Shown here: positions 38,299 through 52,019 of the stretch, piece after piece
Layout: each line of letters begins with the position of its first letter
Numbering within the stretch: the first letter of the stretch is position 1
From: Camelus ferus
Lineage: Eukaryota
NCBI RefSeq assembly: GCF_009834535.1
Contig: NC_045697.1
Location: forward strand, 15,750,001-15,814,000
Length of the DNA stretch: 64,000 nucleotides
Direction: 5' to 3'
Notes under the pieces: model-generated
The model's database searches: none
The model's input: only the letters and a program-made list of their open reading frames with translations
What the model was told of the DNA's origin: nothing
Made by a program: the position numbers and the translations under genes

Positions 38299-38447
38299 AG
38301 TGTACAAATTGTTACTTTGAATTTTTCCTGCTCACTTTCTTAATTCCAACTAACTTTGAAGTTTAAAGATAATTTTGTTTTCTTCCCAAAATGTTTATTA
38401 AATTTGAATTTTAACTTGATTGTTCAGGAGGCTAAGGCAGTGGACTT

Positions 38448-38449
<2 letters not shown>

Positions 38450-38486
<37 letters not shown>

Positions 38487-38503
38487 CATCATCATCATTA
38501 TTA
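38450..38503. repeat. Compound (ATT)n(CAT)n microsatellite
   Basis: About 11 ATT units followed by catcatcatcat. Confidence 0.95.
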
Positions 38504-41234
38504 TTTCTTAGAAACAAAGTTGAGGAATCTATAAAGAAAGTTAAATTACATAAACTTATGTTCTCATTAATTCACAGTTAAGGAAAAATGGTGGTTCACA
38601 TGTTACAGTCATCTGTAGATGCAGCAGTTGCTGATAAAATAAAGTACAAGGAGATACTTTAAATAGAAAGAATTGTGTCTATGATGAAAATATTTCATAT
38701 TTAAAGAAGAGGAACTTTGTTCCAAAAGACATTTAATGAATAAAAATCTGAACATACAGTTTCAGAGTAGAAAGAAAAGAGTGCTTCTTATAATTACAAA
38801 TTTAAAAGCAAATGAATAGTAACATTAAAAGAATGAGAAAGTGATCATTAAGTATTTACTAAGATAAGGCTGTTGTACATTGTAAGCATGGGAGTGAGGT
38901 AAGAGTTTTAAAGAGAAAGGACATCTAGTGTTAGAGATGGTTAAAAAAATATTTTTAAAAATCTGGTTTTGAGATAGGAACTATCATTTGCTAAGGACCC
39001 ACCATACATCAGGCATCAGCTAAATATTTCATGTGAAATGTATCACTGAGGTCTGATATCAACCCAGAAAAAAATATTTTCTTCATTTTACTTCAAACCT
39101 GAAACATGAGGTAAAGAATACACAGCAGAGTAAAGAGAATTGGCTGTAACACAGTTAGTGACTGGCTTTCATCCATTTTGCAATAAAATGATCATAGCAT
39201 CACCAATGCACAGCTCACCATATTTTTCCTTTTGCCATCAAAGAGTCAATCAGAATGCCGCATTTGATTCTCTTCATCGACGAATATTCCTTGCCACTAA
39301 TGTCATTCAAAAGCTTTAATTTCTCATTTCTGAAAAAAAGATATACTTCATCCCTTAGAATTCCTTTCCTTATGTCCTCAGTAAAGAACTGAATAAATTA
39401 AGGCTTTTTTATCATATGAAATAATAATAATTCTTTCCAGTCTTTACTTAATGAAGCCTGGATAAATGAAGTTGAAAAGCATTTTGTGTATAAAATCGCT
39501 GCCAAGAATGCTACCTTCTGGGGACATCAATCCATACCTGGTGGATGAAATGATCCAGGTCTGGTAGTTTCCTGCTGCAGTGGTTGTGGGCAGGTGGGGA
39601 AGAGAAAACATTTTGTTTTCTTTTACTAATTCTTAAAGAAACAAAAAATAAAAAAATTAGAAAGGGAAACTAACCCAAGTACAAAAAGCAGAAACTTTTT
39701 TATGCAATTGTGTTTCATATAGTATCTCTCAATATCATTGTAATTTGAGGGGGACTTTTTTTCCCATAGAGCAAGAATCAAAAACTTGTGTGTGCCCACA
39801 AACACACGTAGACATGAAATTAAGTACACAAAATAACTAAAATGTAATTATAGATGCCCTTTGTTTAAACTCACATTTTATATTCATGTTTATGCAGGTG
39901 AGGTTTAAAAACCCCAAAAGACATTCAATTCAGAATTATGATTTCCCCAGAAATTACAGCATAATTCCCCATCTCACATTTATTCATAATTCTTATAAAA
40001 CGTATGACCATTTTCAACACCCCCGGGTACCATAACATATTTAAAAATACCAGCACAATTGCCAGGCTGAAAAAGAGTACTAACTAGGCATTTTCCCCAT
40101 GGAAAACCATTTCACACACCTACCCAGAAATATATAGGAAGCCAAGAATCTAATATTGTAAATATGGGAGGGAGTGAGTTATCATTTATTTGGGAGTCGT
40201 AACTTTGGATTTTAGACTCCTACCTTTTTAATATTTCAAACTTGGCACCTCATTTAATTAATTTTGGGGTGGGTGTTGAATATATATGCTTTGACAATAA
40301 ACTGACTCACCTTCATTTCCTTGAAACCCACACAGAAGTGTATAGCAACAAGTGTTACACTTTCTGCATACAAATGAAGCATTACTAAACAATTCCAACT
40401 GTGTTTTAAAAAATCAGCACACTCCAACGTTTCCCTCATTCTCTGAGTCTGGGGAACATAAATAATCATTTTAATTCTTTGGTAGACACTGAATTACGTA
40501 GTAAATTATATTAAGACTAGGAAAATTCCGTTTTTTAAAACTCCCATATTCCTTTTACAGGAAGAATCTGAGATATGAATTAAGTTGGAATGATTATTTA
40601 AAGTTTTGACTAAAATTAACTGTAGCACTTAAAATAATGCTTACTATTTTAAGGAAAAAGCTCTTGAGGCTGTTTGCAAAAAAAAAGGTTATACTGAAGA
40701 AGAGAAAGGCAGAGAGAATGAAAGAGATAATTAATAGGATATACTAGGGTTGAATAACTAAATGAAAATACACAGATCTACCAGAGCCCAACGCAGTCAG
40801 AATAATGTTAATCAAATCTTACTGACTCTTAATGGGAATAATGAGAAAACATTCTTAGCCTGCTTGATCATGTTGGCATTTTTAATTAAACTTTCTTGGA
40901 TCTCAGAGAAAACAATAGTTTTTTTGGGTTGGAACTCTTTTTGTTTAAATGTTACCAAAAATACGTTTGAAGGCAGTAACCAAGTAGTATAATTGGGGTC
41001 TTTGTGTGTTGGAACAAGGCAGGACATGATGCCACTGATTCAGAACAACTTTGGTTTTTTTTTTTTTAAGTTGTCTATAAATCTGCAACTATAAGAAACC
41101 CGAACAATGAAATGTGGATTTAATTAGAACAAACTTCCCACATTTTCAGAGATAATGTTATGGTTATTCTTCTATAGCATGTACCTAATAGAGCAGTTCT
41201 GGTCTAGTGGAATAAAGATTTTCAATAAATAAAT

Positions 41235-41725
41235 AGCTGACAATTTAATATACTGGGATAGCATACCCTGGGCCAAAGTCACCATTCTAAGTGCTTTAGA
41301 AATATTAACTCATTTAATCTTCATAACTACCCTATAATATGGCTACCAATTTTATTCCCATTTTAATGATGAGGACACGGAGGCACAGAAAGGTAAATTG
41401 CTTTGTCACAGATTGTATAGGGAACTAGCTGCAGAGCTGTAATTTAAAGGAGGTGCTCTGATTTCAGTGTCTGTGGGTTCAACCCCTACACTGCACCTCC
41501 AACACTTTTCTAGATGCCTTTTGCAGGCTCAGCCCTGTGATTCGGTGCTACACGTATCTCATCTCATTTCGCCCTCAGAGCGATTCCGCAAAGTAAGCAC
41601 TGTTACCTTCATTTTATAGGTGGGGAAAATGAGGCCCAAGGAAATCAGATGACTGATCAAGTTTAAATCACTAAGAGGAAGGCTATAAACTCATTTCTAT
41701 CTGATTCTGAAGTATGTAATTTTCT
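41235..41725 (-). mobile_element. Two tandem MIR SINEs (~41235-41500 and ~41515-41725)
   Basis: ctaagtgcttta..aactcatttaatcttcataac..cccattttaatgatgaggacacggaggcacaga; second cattttataggtggggaaaatgaggccca. Confidence 0.8.
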
Positions 41726-41840
41726 CCAGCCTTTTCTGATATCCTGAAGTGGTATTTAAAGATTCAGACATTTAGTTTACTACCTTAACTATTTAATTTT
41801 TTAATAAAATTAAACACCAAACATGTACTAAACATCTGTT

Positions 41841-42393
41841 AGAGACATATCTGGGTTTTATGGGGTCAGAACTTTATGTGATTTTGGAGATCTTTAGGAT
41901 AAAGAACATAAATTCATACATGTAAAATTACATATATAAGTAGCTACTCATTATGAATGAGAAAAAAAAGCCCCACAGCAAATTATTACAGCCATCATTT
42001 CTTCATGCGGTCTCATTCTGACCTTCGTATTATCAGACCAGGTGAGTTTACACTTTCACTGGAAGGTTAGTGACAGCTTAATTGTAAATGGAAATGACTG
42101 CAAATCACATAACCATATCCCACTGAACACAAACTAAAAGGATCCCAAGTCAGCTTTCCCTTAGCTAGATTTTTAAAAATGCCCATAGCCATTTCAACAT
42201 CACCTTAACACAAGTGTATGTGCAGTGGGAGGAGTCAAACTGGAGAGATACTGGCAGCACTTTTGCAAATTTCACAAAAGCACGTGACTTTGAGAACATT
42301 TTGTGAGGGCCTCTTCTAGGGCTTTGGAACGGATATGTGCAAGTGAGAACTTCTGAAGCAAGCTTCCTTAGCTTCTCAGTAAATCCAGCATCT
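41841..42393 (-). mobile_element. hAT-Tip100 element (Arthur1/MER69-like)
   Basis: Minus-strand start agatgctggatttactgagaagctaaggaagcttgcttcag..ctcacttgcac..ttccaaagccct..aaatttgcaaaagt; other end atatctgggttttatgggg. Confidence 0.78.
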
Positions 42394-43714
42394 TCTGGCC
42401 CTGACTCTTCTGGGCAATGTTCTGCCTTTCAAGAAGTGGGGAACTTGCCAGCCTAAAACCATTATTACTGAGCCAGCAGCACAGATGTGTGGACACAGTG
42501 GGTAGGGAGGGACATAGCAAGAGAGAGAAAATTGTTCCTTATTCTCAGTCAGATTATCCAGTTCTGGAAAATTGGATAAAATTCATAATGATTAACACTT
42601 AAAATTGAGAAAATAAGTCTTTGGATTGTATTTTTCCCTCTGTTTACAAAGAGCATTGGTAGGTAGTAACCCTGCCGAATAATTTGATCTAGACCAAGAC
42701 AGAAGAAATTAATTTTCCAAGCTTCTCTTGAAGCTTTCTGGAATGAAGAGTGTTGAGCATGAGTAGCAAGAAAGTCATCGAAAAGGTCCCAGTTTCTTCC
42801 GCACTGCATGGAAAAACCCTGTATTTGGGTCAGGGAAGGAAGAGGAGGGGTTGGGAACAGAAATTCTCTGAGCAGTGATGGAAAATGCTTTTGCCTCTGT
42901 GGGCTGGAAAGGCTGTGAAGTTTCACTGCTCTGTAAGTAATTCTTTTCCTTTATGCATAATGATTTGTTTACTTGCTTTACGGAATACAGAAAGCCATTA
43001 AATGGGAAAAAAAAGAGTCCCCTTTCCCCCTAGCCTCATTTCCTTCTTCCCTCATCATGGGTTTGCATTGGACAAGAGTTCCCCAACGGAGACAAGAAGA
43101 CCATAGGAAGAACCCAGGGGTGTTGTCGCCTCTCTGATCTAGAGACAGCAAAGAGAGCAAGACCTATCCTGTTAAAGCAAACACCAGATTGTTCCACCAA
43201 GTGATTCTCGCAGTAGAGAGCAGGTCTCTGGATTCCAGGCAAATGGGAGCATTTATCATTTCTCTCCTTCCATGTACAGAGCCCCGGGCAGGAGTCAAAG
43301 TGGAGGCTCGAGTACCATTGTCTATTTATTTGAAAGATACAAATCAAATAACAAATCATTAAATAAAATATGTAGTATTTCCTATCTTGGAAAAATGTGC
43401 CTTCATGATGACAAAAAGGAAAAATATGTGTAAACCTGTGACTTTCAGATGAATGGAAGTTGACAAAATATATTAAAGATGACTGATTTTATTATTTTTG
43501 CAAATGGCTGGATATTGTTGATGGATCAAATATTTAAGAATAAATAATAAAGACATCTATAATTTGTAAACCTTACATTTATTTTAAAGAATGTATTTTT
43601 TATTGTCTGCACTTCATTAAAATCACTAATTATATTGTAATCAAAATTAAACATAACTTGTGTTCTCTTGACAGTAATGGTCTAAAGTAACTTTTTTCTT
43701 GCTTCTCTAACTTC

Positions 43715-43868
43715 AATCATATAACAAACCAGCTACTTCTTTTGTTGGCTTCCCTGTTTGAATGAAAAAACTTTTTTCCTCCTGTTAATCTGTCTTTTGT
43801 CAGTTTAATTTGCATCTCTCATGAGCTAAACCTAAAAGGGTGGAGGAAGAATTTTCCTCCCAGATACA
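43715..43868 (+). mobile_element. ERV1 LTR 3' fragment (MER34/39-like)
   Basis: tcctgttaatctgtcttttgtcagtttaatttgca..aacctaaaagggtggaggaagaattttcctcccagataca. Confidence 0.65.
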
Positions 43869-43994
43869 CGCATTGCACCTTGTCAGTGCTGAGCACCGGT
43901 TCCCAAATGACAGAGGCATTCATTGTTTTAAATGAAGTAAAATCTGGGTTTGGGTCATATTTTTCTTACAGTTAAAATTTTTTTATCCAAAGCT

Positions 43995-45135
43995 AATTTT
44001 TATTGTGCACAATTTAGCATAATAAAATTTAAGACTTAGGTGTAAAATTAGATGACTTTTGACAAATGTATACTCTTATTTAACCACCATCTCATCCAAG
44101 ATACTGAACACGCCATCACCACAGAATGTCTTTGCTAGTCAATCCTTAGAAAAACCAAAGGCAACCACTCTTCCGATTTCTATTTCTGTTGATTCATTTT
44201 GTCTGTTTTAGTGCTTCATATAAATGAAATCATATGATGTGTACTATTTTCTGTCTGACTTTTTTGCTCAGTGTAATGTTTTTGAGGTTAGACTATTTTA
44301 TTTTGTGCAGTTTGTAGTTGTTTTTATGGCTGAAAAAATATTTAAACTATATTGATTGTATTTGTTTAACCTTTGTCTTACTGGTGGCCATTTGGTTGTT
44401 TCCAGCTTGGGGCTACTGTGGAGAAAGCTGCTAGCAACATCCTTACATAATTTGTTGTATGGACACGTGTTTTCCTTTTCCTATGGTAAATACCAAGGAA
44501 TGGAATTATCTGGTCATAAGGAGTATGTTTAACTTTATAAGAAGCTTCCGGAGAGTTTCCCAAAGTGATACTTTGTATGAGAGTTCCAGCTACTCCTCAT
44601 CTTTGTCAACACTTGGGGTTTCCATCTGTTTTATTTTGGCCACCCCACCCTGCTGGGCGTGAGATAGTATTTTGTTTTGGTTCTAATGTTCATTTCCTTG
44701 ATGATAAATGACATTGAGCACCTTATCGTTTGCTAATTTGCCACTTGTAGATCTCCTTTGGTGACTGCGTTTGGTTCAGGCCTTTTGCCCAATTAAAAAC
44801 AACTGTCTTTTATTCAATAATGATCTGTGGGAACTCTTCACACACTTTTGTGTTCAAGTCCTTTGTCTGAAGCAGGTGTTGTGCGTATTTTCTCCCAGTC
44901 TCTGGCTTTTTCGTTTTCCTTAATTTTTAAATTTATTTTTGGCTGATTTTTGTTTTGGGGGTTTTCTTGTGGGGGAGGTAATTAGATTTATTTATTTATT
45001 ATTTTTAATGGTGGTACTGGAAATTGAACCCAGGACCTTGTGCATGCTAAGCATGTGCTCTGCCCCTGAGCTATATCCTCCCCCTTTTCATTTTCTTAAT
45101 GACATCTGGTAACAAAGAGAATGTTTACAGTTTGT
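43995..45135 (-). mobile_element. Old L1 (L1ME/MD-like) 3'UTR and ORF2 end
   Basis: ttttgacaaatgtatac..aaccacca..aggcaaccact..catataaatgaaatcata; ORF 44378-44563 gives PYDQIIPFLGIY..WKQP. Confidence 0.85.
44925..45084 (-). mobile_element. Vic-1-type camelid SINE inserted in L1
   Basis: gggggaggtaattagatttatttattt..ggtactggaaattgaacccaggaccttgtgcatgctaagcatgtgctctgcccctgagctatatcctcccc; degenerate TSD ttttc(g/a)ttttc(c)ttaat. Confidence 0.9.
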
Positions 45136-45149
45136 GGACCCACGTGTTT

Positions 45150-45377
45150 TTTATTATGCTTCTTGTATTTTTATTGAAGTGGAGTCAATTTACAATGTTA
45201 GTTTCAGGTGTCCAGCAAAGTGATTCAGTTATATATATTATATATGTATAATATTATATACATATATAATATATATATATATATAATATATATAAATAAA
45301 TAATATATATATTCAGTTTCTTTTCTATTATGGCTCATTGCAAGAAATTGAATATAGTTCCCTGTGCTACACAGTAC
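45150..45377 (-). mobile_element. Artiodactyl L1 3' tail with internal (TA)n expansion
   Basis: ttttattgaagtggagtcaatttacaatgtt..gtgattcagtt..ttgaatatagttccctgtgctacacagta; 12-bp TSD gaccca(c/t)gtgtt at 45137-45148 and 45378-45389. Confidence 0.9.
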
Positions 45378-46927
45378 GACCCATGTGTTCCCTTAGACGC
45401 TGTTGTGAGCGTGAGTTTACGCTCTGAGAGGCCCTTGAAAGTAGCAGGTCTGCTTGGAGATTCCTTTCACCCAGGTCTCAGCCTCTGCGGGCTCCTTGTT
45501 GACAATTCTCAGAGGACATTCATCACACTGTTGGAACTTCTCTAAACCCTGTTCTTGCTGATAATGTGCTTTCCATGCTAATAAAGGGCTATGAATTATT
45601 TGATTTGCCAGAATATGGCTGGGAAGAAGGAAGGGTCTTTCCTGCTGTGGTGGCTCCTCATGGACAACCCGCCTGTGGGGGAGTGAGGCTATTTCAGCAC
45701 CCACACCTGGAGTATCGTTTCTTTACGAAGACCTGCAGTATGTTTGGCGGCGCCACACCTGAGTCCTTTTAATAAATAATTTCTTCATTTCCTCTGGAGC
45801 GGTTCTTCCAGAGGCTCAGGTGTGAGTAACTTGAGGGAGACCTTGTCCTGTTCTCTCCAGCACCTTTTATTCTGAGCACATGAGCCAAATCCTCCAGCAT
45901 CTTCTTTTTTAGTCAAAAAAAATTTCATGTCAACCACTTCCTGGAGACACTGGCCACAGGTCCTTTGGAGAATCCCAGGTATATCTGAGATCCGAAGCTG
46001 GGGCCTCTTTTATATCTGAGGTCAGAAGGTCTGAGTTGTGAAAATAAAGAGAAAAGGATTAAAACAATAAGAAAAACAGCAAATCCTGGAACCATTCTAC
46101 CACTTGCTTTCACGTATAATCTCACCGGATTTTTCTGCATTTCTATGCACGTCCTCTGTTCTCTTCCCTTAATATATTTGAACAGTTTTCCTCCTGTTCT
46201 AAAAACTCCTCTGTCTTCTCTTTACTGGGCTATGCCAAACAAGTGTCTTTGGTTTTTATTTTACTTTAGGTAACATTGACATCAATGTTGAGACATAGTC
46301 ATATGGCTTATGAGAAGTGGCTTTTTCTTTTTTTGGACTTCATCCTACTGCCCTGTAATTGGCTCTTTACTTCTCTAGCAGCTCTGAGAAATCACTTGAG
46401 TCCGGGTCCTGAGTTAATTGCATGAATAACCTTCATATCTAGCACCTTGCCATGACAGAGTAAAGGCCCTGAATTGAGCATCCACTGCGGCCACGGCACC
46501 CGTCTCTAAATGGGCAGCAGGAAAATACTGGTCCACACCATTTGCTGTCTCCCGCCTGGCTCTCGCATGCACCCCTCCATTGAAACCCATAACCAGGATT
46601 CTTCTGAGGCTTTAGAAGGACTCTTCTTCCATCTCCCAGCATGCCTGAGAGTCTCTATATCATTTTCATTCCTTAGGGATTTAGACCACTGTTATTTTGG
46701 GGTGGACATTTAGCAGTCAAAGAAGATGTCAGGGCTGGTTCATGTTATAATTGACCATTGAGACTAGGAGGGGACAACTGATATTAATCAAGCCCCTAAT
46801 AGAGGCAGCCGCTGTCCAGGAGTTTTACGTGACTTAGTTTCATTCACGGTAACGCTGATAGGACATTAAGTTTTGATGAGGAGAAAAAGTGAAGGAACAC
46901 TGGTAATACAAGTAATTAAATACAAAT

Positions 46928-47160
46928 GATTAAAAGTGTGCACTCTGGAGTTGGAAGATCAAGGTTGAAATATTTATCCCACAACATAGAAGCTTCCTGA
47001 TCATCGGCAAACTGCTTAAAAACACTGACTCAGTTTTCTCGTCTATAAAATGGGGCTGATAATAGGATGAATATCACAGGGTGGTTAGGTGATGTGTGAT
47101 TGATTTAAGGCTAAAGGGCCCTAAGAATAGTGCCGGACACATAATAAGTGTTATTATCAT
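46928..47160 (+). mobile_element. MIR SINE
   Basis: actctggagttgga..ctcagttttctcgtctataaaatgggg..aatagtgccggacacataataagtg. Confidence 0.75.
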
Positions 47161-47272
47161 TGATCTGGAGGCCAAGACGTTTGGGGCGTGAAAGCTCTAG
47201 ATTAGCTGAGGGGAGGGCTGGAAAGTGGAGGGATGAGTTGGCAACGTAAAACTCTCCCGAATCACTTTAAAA

Positions 47273-47276
<4 letters not shown>

Positions 47277-47324
<48 letters not shown>
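47277..47324. repeat. (GT)24 microsatellite
   Basis: Perfect GT run. Confidence 0.98.
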
Positions 47325-47327
<3 letters not shown>

Positions 47328-49624
47328 GGAGGGAGCAGAGAGGAAAGACGGTGATCTAAAGTTTGGAAAAGAAGGGATACAGTAAAGAAGTCACTTATCT
47401 CCATCCTATTATGTCTGGTGCTTGGAGCCCTAATCCCTTCCTTGGGTTTTCTTAGGCACAGATTTAGAAATTAACAAGCAGGAAGGATTGCTGACACTCA
47501 TCTTCCCGTTCCACTTTCACGAGAATTCCAACACGCTGTGGCCCTGCCAGTCTGCATGTGCCTCCCCCACCCTCATGCTGACTTGGGTGGTGTTGTGCTG
47601 AGAATTCCAATGTATTGGATTGGGGCCACAAAACCCGTGATGAAACACTGACATGTTCTGAAAAACCTACCTATTTTTGCCAGGATACTGTGGCCTCTCC
47701 TGGGGGAACAAGAAGCAGTCTTGCTTTTTGCTTCTCTTGACTGCATCTTAACCCTGATCACAGGCAGGGATGTAGTTCCTCTGTAGCCTCAACTTCCATT
47801 TGTCAGAGCAGGAGCGGCAGTGTGGGCATTTTGTGATACAGAGCAGAATGATAACCCTTTGACAGGAGAGTAAGGGGAAAAGAAGTCTCATATCACAAAC
47901 CCAAAGAGGCAAAGGTAAAACTTGGCTGGGCAACGTAAATGGCATGTTGTCGCTCATCTAAGCATCTTAGATATTTGGGGAAAAATGAACACACGTGTAC
48001 AAGCTCCAGCATGCATAAAAGGAGATTCCATTCTTCATTAGCAGTGTTTTCTAGCTTTAATCGCTCATTTCACCCCAAATTCCTTTATTCTCATAGCTCC
48101 GCTTTCCAGCAACTAATTAGTATTTTTTTCTGATAAATGTTTCTTTTTAAGAGTCATCTGTCTTTGATGTTTAAGCCCAACATTCTTCTAACTCCTAAAA
48201 GAAATAGAAGCTGCATAAAAGTAAAGCGCTGGGAGAAAAAGACAATGTGTTACCCTCCCCTGGATCCTGAAATGTCAGCTCCAGCTAGTTGGATTTAAAC
48301 ACTTCTAATTTTTTCTCGTTTATTCATGACTGTCCCTCACCAAGTTAGTCGGAATTTTAATGTATGTCCATATAGGGTAAAACAGAAAGGACACGATTTG
48401 GAATCCACATTCATACATGGTTTTGCCTAGAGAATGATGCACATTTAGCTATGCTCGGTGTTTTCCAAGAAAATTTAAATAGAGCTACAAAAAGAGACCT
48501 GAGAGGACACAGAATAGATTTTTGTCTTGTGCTGATTAAAATTAGAGCACGTTGCAGGGCAAACAGTGAGATATGATACATGTAGAATTTAAAATAACTT
48601 GTGGTTTTGTTAATTTGGGGAGACGGAGCTTGGTAGCATCCAATTTCAGCCTCTAATTCATGAAAGAACTATTAAAATAACCCCCAAATTAATTGCGAGA
48701 TGTTGTGTCTTTTCCTTTTGAAGGAGCATGCATTGCTTGGTTTGGCTTTCCCTTACAAAGCGTACCCTGGTGGCTGTTATACTAGCCTGTATATTGAAGC
48801 TGCTGGGCAAGATGCATAACTTAGTTCTGTTCTCATTATGTTAATTTTAGTGGGTTTCATCGTTAGAGATAATAGTACCTCTACCCAGTCCACTGTGGTG
48901 TAGATGACAGGACGGGGCGGCATTCATTATTTCATTTAATGATGTAGCACAGGAGTTATATCATAACTACTTGGTAAAAACCTATGCTCTGACTTGCTTT
49001 TCATTGATATGCTTCTGGAATTAATTTTACAGTTTACACACACAGTCTGGACTCGGAAAACTGTGGAGTTAGACACATTTGCCAGACTGGTGGGACAATC
49101 AAGATGTGTCCCAATGATCTTGGTACACAGATCTTTAGTTTTTCCAGGACACTTGATCATTTGCATTTCATTAGCGACTTCGGATACATCCTTACAGGCA
49201 TTCTCAAAGGATTCAAGAATAAAGTGCTCTAGGACTGGCTTGCGTAAGTGAGTCCCCCATGTGATTTGGCAACTGTGAGGCTATTCACACTCATTTTAAA
49301 ATTTTGATGCAGGTGTTTATACATTTCAGAGCTAAACAGGAAAAAAAGCCAGGCCTTTTTCTCTTCTCTTTCATTCCTTTGACTTTCCATTCTGGGGGCC
49401 CAAGTTAAATTCTGTTTCTACATCTTTAATGAGACAAGTGTTCAGGGCACAATGAAAAATAAAGGCCTTATTACTTCATAATATGTTTGGAATTGTGCTT
49501 AATTACATTTAGTTGATTGTTTGGCTGTAGTAATTGCAGGACCACAGAGTGACTGAAATTAGAAATGGAAAAGACCCATTGGGTATCGTTATCCTTCTTC
49601 CTGTCAAGGCAAGATTGCTTTCTG

Positions 49625-49661
49625 ACGTGTGTGTGTGTGTGTACACACACGTGTGTGTGTG
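49625..49661. repeat. (GT)8(AC)4(GT)5 alternating purine-pyrimidine repeat
   Basis: acgtgtgtgtgtgtgtgtacacacacgtgtgtgtgtg. Confidence 0.95.
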
Positions 49662-49879
49662 AGGATTCTCTCTTAGCTGTATAGATACACAATTAGATGC
49701 ACCTGTTTAGCAACATTTTTGACAGGAACTGAACATCAAACCAAATCAGACAGAACTAATAGAATGTCAGGTAAAAGGCTAGACGATAACCCACAGTAGT
49801 AGGGGCAGCAGGAGCCGGAGCAGTAAGTATTCCTAGAACACCAGCCATATGCCTGTCTTTAATGTAAATATCAGTCGTT

Positions 49880-50050
49880 CCAATCAGGTATTATCACTCC
49901 AATTTGATACATGAGGAAATGGTATAAATAAGGTTACATAACTTAAACAAGGACACATGATTTGCAAATGGTCCTACAGTTACAAGTAGTGGAGCCCAGA
50001 TTCAAACTCTGGTTTCCCTGCCTTCAAGCTCTGTGCTTTCCCCCCACTAT
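49880..50050 (-). mobile_element. MIR SINE
   Basis: aggtattatcactccaattt..atgaggaaat..aggttacataactt..aagtagtggagcccagattcaaactc..tgccttcaagctctgtgcttt. Confidence 0.7.
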
Positions 50051-51594
50051 GTCTTGGCAGCAGTACCCCCTGGGTGGACCCACAGTCACAGAGAGTGAGA
50101 TAAGAGAGTGATGTTGGATGATGTCGCCAAGATGGAGTAGGAGACCCCGGCCCCACCTCCCCAAAAAGAACAATAATTAGACTGCTACCCATGAATGAAA
50201 GTAGCTCTGGGAGCACTCTGGAGTCCCCTTAAGCAACTTCAGTGTCACAGCAAAGCAAAACACCTGGAAATTGCCACAAAGAAAGGGTAAAAAGGACAGT
50301 TCTGTTTTGCCTGAATCATGCCATCCCCTAGATTGGCACTGTCCTGGTGCCACGAGGAAGCTCCCTGGACCAAGAGACTTCCCCTCGCTGGGGTGAGCTG
50401 CCAGCTTCCCCAGTTTTTTGGGCACCGCATGAAGGACCCACACTTAAAGACTGGTCTAGCAAGACATCTTGAGATGTACAGGAACAAGGAAAATCGGGGT
50501 TACCAGGATCAGTCACAGGGTGGGACTGACTGCAGCTCCTGGTGGACTGTTCTGCAGAGGACCAGGACCCCAGCATCCTCTAACAGCCCTTGTGGATGCT
50601 GAGGATTCTCTGCAGACTTCTTCATTGAGGACTTCATCACGGAACTCAGGGGGCTGCTCCACAGAGGTCTCCAGCTGCTTTCCGCCACTGAGGAAACCAG
50701 TGGCCAGCCAAGCCACTGTGGACCCCCTGCACATTTCTCCCTTGTGAGCGCCCTGGGTTTTTGCATTGGTAGACTTCAGCTACCTGAGTCCCTCTCTGCC
50801 CCCACCTCCTGCCAGATCCACCCCCAGTCAGTGTGGCCAGGCATGCCCCAGGCTCAGGGTCCTGGTATTCACTCTGCTGCAGGCAGCCTTCCTCTGCCTC
50901 TGTGTATGCACGACGCCAGTGCAGGCCCCCACAGCCAACCGTCACCACCATGCATGTGCTTGTGGATAACCCTCACAGCCACATCAGTGCACACCAACAG
51001 CCCAGGCCCCCACAGCTGCTCATGAACCAGAGGCTGGGCCTGACTCCTGACACAGGCCTTCACTGTTGCATGCCTGCAGCTAACTCCTGCAGCCAAATAC
51101 TTGCATACTGTTGGCCCTGGCTCCTGTCGTGGGTACTCACCATGTGTGTGTGCTCGGCGCTAGCCTCTGCAGCTGCAGGCGTGCATGCTGACAGCCCAGC
51201 TCCCGCAGCTGATCCCGAGTCCAGACTCCTGTCACTGGCCTGCACTGCCAGTAAGATTACCTCTATTTGCAGATGACATGATCTTATATATAGAAAATCC
51301 TGAAAACTCTACCAAAGACCTGTTAAAGCTAATAAATAAATTCAGTAAAGTCACAGGATACAGAAGCAACATGCAAAAATCAGTTGGCGTTTCTGTATGC
51401 TAACAGCAAACTCTTTGAAAATACATTAAGAAAACCGTCTCATTTACAATAACAATAAAATAATAAAATACTTAGGAATACATTTAACCAATGATGTGGA
51501 AGATCTGTACACTGAAAGCTATAAAATATTGAAGAAAAAAATGGAAGAAGACACAAATGGAAAGATAATGTGTTTATGGAATGAAATAATCATT

Positions 51595-52019
51595 TTTTAA
51601 TTGAAATATAGTTGATTTACAATGTTGTGTTAGTTTCTGGTGTACAGCATAGTGATTCAGTTATACATACATTTAAACATCTATATTGTTTTTCATATTC
51701 CTGTGCATATATCTGGAGAAAAGTCTAATTCAAAAAGATACATGCACCCTAATGTTCATAGCAGCACTATTTATAATGGCTATGACATGGAAGCAGCCTA
51801 AGTGTCCATTGACAGATGACTGGATAAAGAAGTGATATATATATTATATATATATCATATATAATTATATAATTATATATTATATAATATATATATATAT
51901 ATATAATGGAATACTACTCAGCCATAAAAAATGAAATAATGGCATTTACAGCAACATGGATGGACCTAGAAATTATCATACAAAGTCAAGTAAGTCAGAC
52001 AAAGAAAGATGAATATCAT
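51595..52019 (-). mobile_element. Younger artiodactyl L1 with 5' inversion, nested in the older L1
   Basis: Minus-strand tail 51595-51701 (ttttaattgaaatatagttgatttacaatgttgtgttag) abuts a + strand ORF2 end 51702-52019 (aaagatacatgcacc..MEYYSAIKNEIMAFTATWMDLE); TSD ataat(c/t)att at 51586-51594 and 52020-52028. Confidence 0.85.

Noticed and set aside
50177..51276. Dense overlapping ORFs on both strands, suggesting a compact gene cluster
   Set aside because: This is GC-rich L1 5'UTR-like sequence with few stop codons; no recognisable protein.
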